64,000 nucleotides of DNA from Macrostomum lignano (lineage: Eukaryota): the NCBI GenBank assembly GCA_002269645.1, contig NIVC01001610.1:196165-260164 (forward strand), in the 5' to 3' direction. Positions 23,328 through 36,188 of the stretch are shown in pieces. Below the pieces are notes generated by a model that was not told the origin of the DNA, did not search any database, and worked only from the letters and a program-made list of their open reading frames with translations. Position 1 is the first letter of the stretch, and each line of letters opens with the position of its first letter. Both the position numbers and the translations under genes were made by a program.

Positions 23328-26300
23328 TACGCCAGCTGTGGAGCTGAGCATCGCCGCTGTTAGCTGAGCACCTCCGGTCGAGGTGGCGGATGCAGCTGCT
23401 GCGGCAGCGGCTGCCAGACCACTGAGACTTGACTGCGGCTGCGGAGGCTGCGGCTGCGGCTGCTGCTGCGTAGTTGGCGCGCCTCCCTGAAGCTGTAGGG
23501 CCAGAGCAGCCACGGGGTTCACGTAACCGGCAGTCTGGGCGAGACTCTGCAATGCGGTGTCCGGGATGCTGGACTGTGCCTGCTGCGTGCGGCTCTGGCC
23601 AGTGCAGCAAAAAAATCAAACATAAACTCGGGGCTGCCCTTTTCTAAGCTGAGAAAGCTGAAGTGAAGCGGCTTGAATCCCGATTGAAATGGGATTGTAT
23701 TTTGTACTTGGGATTGGGATCTGGATTCCAGAAAAAAATCATAGGGATTCATTTAAGCAAATTGGATCGGGATCCAGGTAGATGGGATTAGGGAGCTAGG
23801 TAGATGGGATTAGGGAGCTAGGTAGATGGGATTAGGGAGCTAGGTAGATGGGATTAGGGAGCTAGGTAGATGGGATTAGGGAGCTAGGTAGATGGGATTA
23901 GGGAGCTAGGTAGATAGGATTGGGATCAACGTAGATGGGATCGGGATCCACGTAGATGGGTTCGGGATCCACGTAGATGGGATTCTGTAGCTAGGTAGAT
24001 GGGATCGGGATCTAGGTAGATGGGATTCTGTAGCTAGGTAGATGGGTTCGGGATCTAGGTAGATGGGATTCTGTAGCTAGGTAGATGGGATCGGGATCTA
24101 GGTAGATGGGATTCTGTAGCTAGGTAGATGGGATCGGGATCTAGGTAGATGGGATTCTGTAGCTAGGTAGATGGGTTCGGGATCTAGGTAGATGGGATTC
24201 TGTAGCTAGGTAGATGGGATCGGGATCTAGGTAGATGGGATTCGGGAGCCAAGTAGATGGGATCGGGATCTAGGTAAATGGGATCGGGATATAAGTAGAT
24301 GGGATCGGGATATAGGTAGATGGGATTCGGGAGCTAAGTAGATGGGATCGGGATGCAGGTAGATGGGGATGCAGGTAGATGGGGATGTAGGTAGATGGGG
24401 ACGCAGGTAGATAGGGATGCAGGTAGATGGGGATGCAGGTAGATGGGGATGCAGGTAGATGCAGGTCGGAAGCCAGGCTGCCCCAGCCCCACCATTCCCG
24501 GAGCCGGCAGGAAGATGTAGCCAAACGAGCCGCGACTGGTGCCCTTTTGACTGGCGGGGCCGATGACGTCACCAACTGGCGAAGCTTCTATGACCCGCGC
24601 CAAGTCTTTGTCCTGCTCTGAATGCTGACGGCGCGACTCATCGAGCGGCAAATTCAGCGCGGTAGTCTGAGTCTCGGCGGCGCTCATTTCTGAGTCTGCT
24701 TTTGCTAACTGATTTTCCAACTGCTCCGGCTCTCAATTACGACCAACTTTACCTTAATACCTGCCGCTACTGACTGCACAAATCGATCGAACTCGAATGG
24801 CATGAACTGCTCAGACAAATTTTTGCCAGACACGAAAGCCAGAGAGAGAGAGAGGGGGGGAGGGGGCACTGAGGGGATTTCCAGAATTTGGGGCAATGGG
24901 AACAGCAGGGGCTGTCTGGGAGTTGGCTCGGGCAGGGGGGCAAGGTACGCGAGCTCCATTGATTTCATTTCTGAAAAATTTGTTTCAGTAATTTTTTTAT
25001 TTTTGGATTTTAAATGAACTTTCAAGCATTGAAGAGAAGCTGAGCAGAATTTGCAAGCATGGCCGCCGAATCCCCGTGTGCTAATTATTTATTATTAATA
25101 ATTGCTCTCTGGAGGCTTTGAAATCTACTGTATGATTCATAATTCCTTGACATTTAACCGTCGTCCCAAAACGAGAGCAATATTGAAATCGAACCCGAAA
25201 CCAATGGACCACTCTGCTAAGGAGATCTTGAAAAGGAATCCGGAGTGCTAACTTCTCCCCGAGCTCCTCCATACTGTGATGATTTTCTCGTGGGTACATG
25301 TACTCTCTGACCTCACTTTCGGTGCAAAGCCTCAGCAGTGGGATGCCTGACACAGCAAGAACAAGAGTCTGCGACAATTGCCTGCCAATCCTAAATCTAA
25401 CTGTAACCTAAACCAAACCGAAACCCTAAACTTAAACCCTAAACCGTAGCCTAAACCGTAACCTAAACCATAACCTAAACCATGACCCAAACCGTAACCT
25501 AAATCGTAACCTAAATAGTAACCTAAACCGTTACATAAACCGTAACCTAAACCGTAACCTAAACAGTAACCTAAACCGTATCCTAAACAGTAACCTAAAC
25601 CATATCCTAAAAAGTAACCTAAACCCTAACCTAAACAGTAACCTAAACCGTAACCTAAACAGTAATCTAAACCGTAACCTAAGCAGTAACCTAAACTGTA
25701 TCCTAAACAGCAACCTAAACAGTAACCTAAGCAGTAATCTAAACTGTATCCTAAACAGCAACCTAAACAGTAACCTAAACAGTAATCTAAACTGTATCCT
25801 AAACAGCAACCTAAACAGTAACCTAAACAGTAACCTAAACCCTAGCCCAAACCTAAATCGTCGGCAGTGAAATTGCCGACAGCCAGCTGCCGTGCTACCA
25901 AAGACACCGCTCAGCTCAGCCACCGCCCTCAAACGCATCCAATGATTGACGGCACGGCACAACGGGAAATCTGCGAATTGCGAAGGCGGGAATCCGGTAC
26001 CTGAGCGAACGGCCCAGCGAATGCATTCACCTGGCCGGGCGAGGCCACTCCGGGGTTGACGAGGCCGAGCGGCCCGACCATCTGCTGCAGTTTGCGCAGC
26101 TGCCGCTCCTTCTCGTTGTCGGCGAATTTCACCACGATGGAGCTGCTGGCGCCCTGGAATTCGCGGATGATAACGGTTGCTAGGGTGCTGTTGCTATGCT
26201 GAGTTGGGTTATCGAATTTGCTTGCTAGTTGGGGATCGAGCTACTAGGAATTTTATGGGAAATTGGGATCCATTTAAATGGGATTCGGGATCTAGGTAGA

Positions 26301-29300
26301 TGGGATCGGGATCCAAGTAGATGGGATTTCGGATCCAGGTAGATGGGATCAGGATTCAGGTAGATAGGATTGGGATCCAGGTAGATAGGATTGGGATCCA
26401 GGTAGATAGGATCAGGATCCAGGTAAATAGGATCGGGATCCAGGTAGATAGGATTGGGATCCAGGTAGATAGGATCGGGATCCAGGTAGATAGGATCGGG
26501 ATCCAGGTAGATGGGATCGGGATCCAGGTAGATGGGATCGGGATCCAGGTAGATAGGATCGGGATCCAGGTAGATGGGATCGGGATCCAGGTAGATGGGA
26601 TCGGGATCCAGATAGATAGGATCGGGATCCAGGTAGATAGGATCAGGATCCAGGTAGATAGGATCGGGATCCAGGTAGATGGGATCGGGATCCAGGTAGA
26701 TAGGATTGGGATCCAGGTAGATAGGATCGGGATCCAGGTAGATAGGATCAGGATCCAGGTAGATAGGATCGGGATCCAGGTAGATAGGATCGGGATCCAG
26801 GTAGATGAGATCGGGATCCAGGTAGATAGGATCGGGATCCAGGTAGATAGGATCGGGATCCAGGTAGATAGGATCGGGATCCAGGTAGATAGGATCAGGA
26901 TCCAGGTAGATAGGATCGGGATCCAGGTAGATAGGATCGGAATCCAGGTAGATGGGATCGGGATCCAGGTAGATGGGATCGGGATCCAGGTAGATAGGAT
27001 CGGGATCCAGGTAGATAGGATCGGGATCCAGGTAGATAGGATCGGGATCCAGGTAGATGGGATCGGGATCCAGGTAGATAGGATCCGGATCCAGGTAGAT
27101 GGGATCGGGATCCAGGTAGATAGGATCGGAATCCAGGTAGATGGGATCGGGATCCAGGTAGATAGGATCAGGATCCAGGTAGATAGGATCGGAATCCAGG
27201 TAGATGGGATTGGGATTTAGGAAGATGGGATCGGGATCCAGCTAGATGGGATCTACATTGGGATCCCAGTGGGTGCATTCACGAAACATCAGAATGCGTG
27301 GCTGCTACGAAGAACTGAGTACTAAGAATCTTAGCAAGCAGGTGCAGAACCTGCGTTAGACCGACTGTGAGCCAATGGGAACAGGCAGTGTTTTGAGAAT
27401 AATTTTGAAGCATCAGAAACCGGTTCTCGGGTTTCCCTACCTCCCCTCCTTATCGACCGAAGTCTCGAGGCAAAAAGGAAAAGAAACGAGAAACATTTTA
27501 AGAGTATAGTGCTCAATAGTCATCAGGGGGGCAGGGAATTGGAGACGGTGTACACGGTGTGAGGAGAAGGCTGCTCATATCTACGTAAATATGAGCAGCC
27601 TTCCTCCCGTGCCACGCCCTGTCGAATTAGAGTTTGCTCAAAGAGCTAATTGATGACCGCAGCCCGAGTCGTTCTCAGATACAGCCTAGACTTATGCATC
27701 AATGACTGGGTCTTGATTGCTCGGTGCGGTCTCGAACTTCCTTCCTGTCTGTTTCTCTTCGTCTCTTTGATTTTTCTCTTTTTGGATAGGAAACTGGGCA
27801 TGCGGGAGGGGTGTCTGGCACTGCATTTATTGCAGGGCATGCACTTGGACATCATAGCGGTCTGGCAGGCGCAGTTACACTTGGGTAATACGGACACTAA
27901 CACAGACACTGTAACACGGACACTGTAACACGGACACTGTAACACGGACACTGTAACACGGACACTGTAACACAGACACTGTAACACGGACACTGTAACA
28001 CAGACACTGTAACACGGACACTGTAACACAGACACTGTAACACGGACACTGTAACACGGACACTGTAACACGGACACTGTAACACGGACACTGTAACACG
28101 GACACTGTAACACACACACTGTAACACACACACTGTAACACGGACACTGTAACACGGACACTGTAACACAGACACTGTAACATAGACACTGTAACACGGA
28201 CACTAACACGGACACTGTAACACGGACACTGTAACAAAGACACTGTAACACAGACACTGTAACACAGAAACTGAAATACAAACACTATAATACAGACACT
28301 AACACCGACACTGTAACACAGAAACTGTAACACGGACACTGTAACATAGACCCTGTAACACAGTCACTGTAACACAGACACTGTAACACAGACACTGTAA
28401 CACAGACACTGTAATATGGACACTGTAACAGACACTGTAATACTACAGACACTGTACTACAGAAACTGTAACAGGGTCACTGTAACACAGACACTGTAGT
28501 ACAGACACTGTAACACAGACACTGTAATACAGACACTGTAACACAGACACTGTAACACAGACACTGTAACACGGACACTGTAATACAGACACTGTAACAC
28601 AGACACTGTAACACAGACACTGTAACACAGACACTGTAACACAGACACTGTAACACGGTCACTGTAACACAGACACTGTAACAAAGACACTGTAACATAG
28701 ACACTGTATCACAGACACTAGTACAGACACTGTAACACAGAAACTGAAATACAAACACTATAATACAGACACTGTAACACCGACACTGTACGACAGAAAC
28801 TGTAACATGGACACTGTAACACAGACACTGTAGTACAGACACTATAACACAGACACTTTAATACAGACACTGTAACACAGACACTGTAACACGGACACTG
28901 TAATACAGACACTGTAACACAGACACTGTAACACAGACACTGTAACACAGACACTGTAACACAGACACTGTAACACAGACACTGTAACACGGTCACTGTA
29001 ACACAGACACTGTAACACAGTCACTGTAACACAGACACTGTAACACAGACACTGTAACACAGACACTGTAATACGGACACTGTAACAGACACTGTAATAC
29101 TACAGACACTGTACTACAGAAACTGTAACAGGGTCACTGTAACACAGACACTGTAACACAGACACTGTAATACAGACACTGTAATACAGACACTGTAATA
29201 CTGACACTGTAATATAGACACTATAATACAGACACTGTAACACAGACACTGTAACACAGACACTGTAACATAGACACTGTAACACAGACACTGTAACACA

Positions 29301-32300
29301 GACACTGTAATAGAGACACTGTAACACAGACACTGTAATACAGACATTATAATACAGATACTGTAACACAGACAGTGTAACACAGACACTGTAACACAGA
29401 CACTGTAACATAGACACTGTAACACAGACACTGTAACACAGACACTGTAACATAGACACTGTAACACAGACAGTGTAACACAGACACTGTAACACAGACA
29501 CTGTAACACGGACACTGTAACACAGACACTGTAACACAGACACTGTAACATAGACACTGTAACACAGAGACTGTAATACAGACACTGTAATATGGACACT
29601 GTAACAGACACTGTAATACTACAGACACTGTACTACAGAAACTGTAACAGGGTCACTGTAACACAGACACTGTAGTACAGACACTGTAACACAGAAACTG
29701 AAATACAAACACTATTACAGACACTGTAACACCGACACTGTACTACAGAAACTGTAACATGGACACTGTAACAGACACTGTAACACAGACAACGGAGAAC
29801 TGTAAGACATGCTGTAAAACAAACACTGTTAATACACGGCTCACACTGTCACAAAAAACAAGTACATAAAAAACAAAATGAGGTGACGGTTGTTTGGTTT
29901 GTGAGCTGGGTAACTGTGGGGTGGTTGGTTTGTTTAACTTCGCTTTGTCACTTTGTTTGCAGCTTGCGATCTTCGTGTACTCAGTAAATCATTGTGTACT
30001 CTATGCGTACTCTACTCTGTTCCACGTGCATCATTGCGCTAGCTATTGCCTCGCCCCTTAAGTCTCTACCATTTTGTACTCTCTCCACTCACAGTGCCAG
30101 TGCATCAGTGAAATTCAATATTTACAATATTTAAGCTATTTCTCTCGGTCTTTAACTCGTCAAGTTACTTTGGCCATTCTACAAATATATTGCAAGCATT
30201 CACATTCGTTATTAAACAACATTCAGCCCCTGACTTTCGCGTCACGTCACAAAAGACCCAAAAAAATATCGCATTCATCACTCACAGCCATAGTCTGGCT
30301 TCCGTGCAAATTATTAATTGCATTCTGGGCCTCCATGTGCACGCTGTACTTGACGAACGCGCAGCCCTTGCTGTTGCCCGCCTGGTCCCGCAGTATCGTG
30401 CACTCCTCGATGTGTCCATACGGCTCAAACAGGCGCCTGATGTCCTCCTCCGACTGCTGCTTTGACAGCATGCCGACAAACAGCTTGCGATCATCTGGAA
30501 TGTTTCAAATAGTGCCTTGCAACTCGACCTAGCTCACCCTAACTTCCCCATCTACCCAGTTCCAGCCTCATCTGCACAATTCCAGCTTCATCAATCCGCT
30601 CCCAGTCTCATTTATCCATGCCAAGCCTCAAAATCTAAATACTCCCTGCTTCATCTACACAATTCCAGCTTCATCAATCCGCTCCCAGTCTCATTTATCC
30701 ATGCCAAGCCTCAAAATCTAAATACTCCCAACCCCATTAAAACAATTCCAGCATCATCTACACAATTCCAGCTTTATCGATCCAATCCCAGTCTCATTTA
30801 AATAATTCTAGCTTCATCTATCCATTCTCATGCAGCTTCATCTACAGAATCCGAACTTGATCTATCCACTCTTAGCCTCATCTACAGCACTACAGCATCC
30901 CGATTTCATCTATCCACTCCCAGCCTCATCTATAGAGTCCCAACTTTATCTATCCACTCCCAACTTAATCTACTGAATCCCGATTTCATCTATCCACTCC
31001 CAGCCTCATCTACAGAATCCTGATTTCATCTATCCACTCTCAGCCTCATCTATAGAGTCCCAACTTTATCTATCCACTCCCAACTTAATCTACTGAATCC
31101 CGATTTCATCTATCCACTCCCAGCCTCATCTACAGAATCCTGATTTCATCTATCCACTCTCAGCCTCATCTATAGAGTCCCAACTTTATCTATCCACTCC
31201 CAACTTAATCTACTGAATCCCGATTTCATCTATCCACTCCCAGCCTCATCTACAGAATCCTGATTTCATCTATCCACTCTCAGCCTCATCTATAGAGTCC
31301 CAACTTTATCTATCCACTCCCAACTTAATCTACTGAATCCCGATTTCATCTATCCACTCCCAGCCTCATCTACAGAATCCTGATTTCATCTATCCACTCT
31401 CAGCCTCATCTATAGAGTCCCAACTTCATCTATCCACTCTCAGCCTCATCTATAGAATCCCGATTTCATCTATCCACTCTCAGCCTCATCTATAGAGTCC
31501 CAACTTCATCTATCCACTCTCAGCCTCATCTATAGAGTCCCAACTTTATCTATCCACTCCCAACTTAATCTACTGAATCCCGATTTCATCTATCCACTCC
31601 CAGCCTCATCTACAGCATCCCGATTTCATCTATCCACTCCCAGCCTCATCTACAGCATCCCGATTTCATCTATCCACTCTCAGCCTCATCTACAGCATCC
31701 CGATTTCATCTATCCACTCTCAGCCTCATCTACAGCATCCCGATTTCATCTATCCACTCTCAGCCTCATCTATCCACTCCCAACTTAATCTACTGAATCC
31801 CGATTTCATCTATCCACTCCCAGCCTCATCTACAGCATCCCGATTTCATCTATCCACTCTCAGCCTCATCTATCCACTCCCAACTTAATCTACTGAATCC
31901 TGATTTCATCTATCCACTCTCAGCCTCATCTATAGAGTCCCAACTTTATCTATCCACTTCCAACTTAATCTACTGAATCCCGATTTCATCTATCCACTCT
32001 CAGCCTCATCTATAGAATCCCGATTTCATCTATCCACTCCCAGCCTCATCTACAGAATCCTGATTTCATCTATCCACTCCCAGCCTCATCTACAGAATCC
32101 TGATTTCATCTATCCACTCCCAGCCTCATCTACAGAATCCTGATTTCATCTATCCACTCCCAGCCTCATCTACAGAATCCTGATTTCATCTATCCACTCC
32201 CAGCCTCATCTACAGAATCCTGATTTCATCTATCCACTCCCAGTCTCAACTACAGAATCCCAACTTCATCTATCCACTCTCAGCCTCATCTGCATAATTC

Positions 32301-33305
32301 CAGCCTTATCTATCCACCCTTATCTATTAGGCTGGGCGCCTCTCGCATTGAATATGTTTTCAATTAGTTGCTAGACAAGAAAGTTCCCCAAGTAGAAGAC
32401 GGGGGCCCTGGTAACGAAGCTTGAACTCGAGACAAAAAGCTTTGGCGACAAAAATTGCTAATTTCTCAGTATTCCCAGAAGGTTTGGATTTGCCCGCTAT
32501 GGTGACGACTGACGGAACTTATCGGTGCAGACAGAAAACTGCATTCTCTATTGTATTGCTGCCCTGGGAAACTTCCCTGTGCCTTTTTATGAGCATGGAC
32601 CGCTCATTCAAGCAGGCCTGCCCTCCCTGAATTCTCTTCTCTGCCCTCCCTGAATTCCCTTCTCTGCCCTCCCCGAATTCCCTTCTCTGCCCTCCCTGAA
32701 TTCTCTTCTCTGCCCTCCCTGAATTCTCTTCTCTGCCCTCCCTGAATTCCCTTCTCTGCCCTCCCCGAATTCTCTTCTCTGCCCTCCCTGAATTCCCTTC
32801 TCTGCCCTCCCTGAATTCCCTTCTCTGCCCTCCCCGAATTCCCTTCTCTGCCCTCCCCGAATTCCCTTCTCTGCCCTCCCTGAATTCTCTTCTCTGCCCT
32901 CCCTGAATTCTCTTCTCTGCCCTCCCCGAATTCCCTTCTCTGCCCTCCCCGAATTCCCTTCTCTGCCCTCCCCGAATTCCCTTCTCTGCCCTCCCCGAAT
33001 TCCCTTCTCTGCCCTCCCTGAATTCCCTTCTCTGCCCTCCCTGAATTCCCTACTGATAGACAGTGTGACCCATACTCGAGTGAAAAAAATAGTCAGTGTT
33101 ACCAACTAGAGTGAACAAGAGAAAGACAGTGTGACCAACTTGAGTGAAGGGAAGGATCTTTCGCCAGCTGAAAAGTGCCCCAAACGCCTCACCCTCGTGT
33201 CCTGGCAGGTGCGCCAACTGAAACTGGATGAATTTAACCTTGTCAGCGTTGCAATGGGGAGTTGGGGTGCCTTCATATTTGCACAGACTCCCGCTACCAT
33301 GCTGC

Positions 33306-33337
<32 letters not shown>

Positions 33338-36094
33338 CTGCAATTGACCGATCAAGTCAGCGGTGCTCTTAGACATCTCCGAGCTCATGCCCTGCTCAAT
33401 GAGCATGGTGAGGTCGTTAGCCAGTAGCTCCGCCACTCTGACTGCTTTTGATTCTCTTTTGCGAATGCTAATTGTGAGGAAAAAGCACAACACACAAGCA
33501 GTTTAAAACTTAATCTTTTCTTGTTCTTTTGGCTTTCAGGAGAATAGCATTGATAAATCAAGGCTTTGACTCCTGTTCAGCTTACTTCGTGTGTTCTCGT
33601 GTCTGCCTGTGTTTCCCCATGCCCCTCGCTATCGTATATCTGGGTGTATCGCTTCCCCTCTCCCTCTCTCTCAGGGTGAGCAATGTACTCAGGCCCCTTC
33701 AGTCCCCTCTTACCAGGGAAGGAGGGGGAGGAGGCGCCGGTCACAGTGAGGACGGGGAGGACCAAGGGGGGATGACTTGGCGATGTGGGTTGAGTCGGGG
33801 GTTTTTATTAAGCTGTTCCCCCCCCTGCAGGGCCGTTCACCCTGCTCACTACCCCCCACCCCTGGGTCAGCTTCTTCTCTGCATCAGCAAGCCCACCCCA
33901 GCGAATCAATAAGGAGGATGGGATGCCCAGCCCCATCTATATTCGCGGGGAAACCGATGTAACGTCAGACTCTCTTCCCTCATGCGGCCATGGAATTCGG
34001 CTAGAATCTGGATTGGAAACCCCGTATTGTTACAGGTGAAATCAGGACCTAGATGGAAACAAGAGCAACTTGCATAACTTCAAGATTACAGATTCCAAAT
34101 TACAGTAGTTTTTTCAAAATTAAATTCTACTAATCACATCCAAATAGTGAGAGAAGTGTTTCCAGTACGGATTCTTGACTTAGTAGTCCATGAAGATCCG
34201 TCCACAAATAGCCTATTATAGAAAGTGAGTCCTGGGAGTCGGCAGTTCACTGCAGACTTACCAGCTAATCGGGGGCAGACCAAATCCCGTATTGGCGAAT
34301 TGGGAATCATCTAACGGGGATTCGGAGGGGGTCTCGATCAGTGCTGACTGCTATATGCCCTATCAACTACACTACGATCGTATAATACATATCTGCTTTG
34401 ACTGCTGACCACAACATACAGTAACCAGAGACCAAACTCCAGTGCTTATAGACACATCGCATACAGTGACAGGCAAGCAGTCGTAACCGTTCCACTGACC
34501 CCTGAGCATGCACACAGGCAGGCACAAGATGTACATCGGCCTTGACTTTGTCTTTGACGCATCAGGCTGGATTGCGTGTGAATTCAATTTTCATGCACAA
34601 CCCCCAAATTAACAAGCGAGAGTCTGGGACGCGTTTACCGCCGCTCCTTCGGCGTCATATTAATTAAACGTTAGGACGTTGTCGCCGAAGGCGTTGCGCC
34701 AGGGTGCCCGCAGCCCTGCAATTATTATCATGTTTTTCCTACGACATGCTACTGGAAGTAGTGGGAAAGAGAGAACTCAATGGCAGCCTCCCGAGTCTTC
34801 ACGACGCCAGCTCTCAGGAACAAAGCCGGAGAACCCGTGTCCATCTTTTTCATTCCCTTTTTGGCTCGGGCAATTTCTAAACTTCATTCCCGCGCTGCTG
34901 ACAAGCCAGGCGGAGTCTCCTGTCTGTACTCCAGTCTGCTCAAACAAGAGGATCTCTGTTGAGATTTCTATATCTCTCTCATCCTCTTTTCTTGTGAAGG
35001 CCTAATGAGTCTGCATTGAGCTACAGTGGGGAAGGAGCAGGTGCGGGCCCTGTGGGGAGCCCCATTTCTATGCGAGCGAAAAGATGTCAACTCCTGCTGT
35101 GCTCAAGTTGTACTTTTGTATGCTTATAGAAACTACACAGCTGGGAACGGGAGCTGTGAGAGGATCAGATGAGATGGTAGAGAGAACAGGGAAGAGATAA
35201 GAGAGAAGATATGGGAAAGGGGAGACAGACGCTAACGAAGAGATGAGAATAGAGAAAGAGAGAGAGACTTCGCTGCTCTTAAAGACTCCGTTCAATTCTG
35301 TGTAAAGATGAGAGATTAGAGATTAGAGATAATAGAGTAGAGAATAGAGAAGAGAATGAAGCGAGACTGCCCGCTGGAAGAAGGCAAGTCAAGACACACT
35401 CACCAGTTTCAAATTGGCGTTCCAACTATCAGTAGGGAATCTCACAGACTCACCTGAGCGAGACTCGCTGTCGGCCGGCTTCACCTGCATGGGCCGAGTC
35501 ATCTGCAGCGGAGGTGGAACGGGGACACAGGAGGATTTGGCAATTGCTCTTCTTCCACAGGCACGGGAAATGCATTCGCAATAACCAAGATATATCTATC
35601 TGCCGCGCCGACCCCCTGTCCTCCGCTTCAGAGACGTACAATCATGGGGGGTGAGTTATCCTCACGGAGCTGCTTGTATCTGCTCAGCATCTGCAAGCCC
35701 CATCAAGTCGTTTTGCTCTTCCAAACAATGCAGGATTTCTCTTTTTAGCTTTCAATTCTCTTCCCCATCTCACGCATTTTCCGTCTACGTTTGTTGCTCG
35801 CTGCAGCCTATTCGCCAAATTTCCCAAACCACTCGCCAGACTGCAAGAGCAGCTTCCCAGACTCTTCCCCCTATTCTATTCTATTGCGTGCGGCTTGGTT
35901 GCTACTAGAAGCAGAGAATTGAATTGCATTCTGCTGTACTCGGTTGGCGTGGGTGGCTTTTTAATGTGATTTTCTACTGGGGGGTCTCTCACGGCATTGG
36001 AACTGGGACGAGTCAGATTGCGCAACTTATAGTAGAGTGCTTTGACTTTGAACAAGAGGCTTCAGACGAATTCAAGTGCATCTATATATTATGC

Positions 36095-36188
<94 letters not shown>

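Noticed and set aside
26321-27220. 299-aa GIQVDRI pentapeptide-like ORF
   Set aside because: 21-bp repeat antisense to CELF in an intron; the same DNA family occurs at 23765-24460 without a consistent frame.
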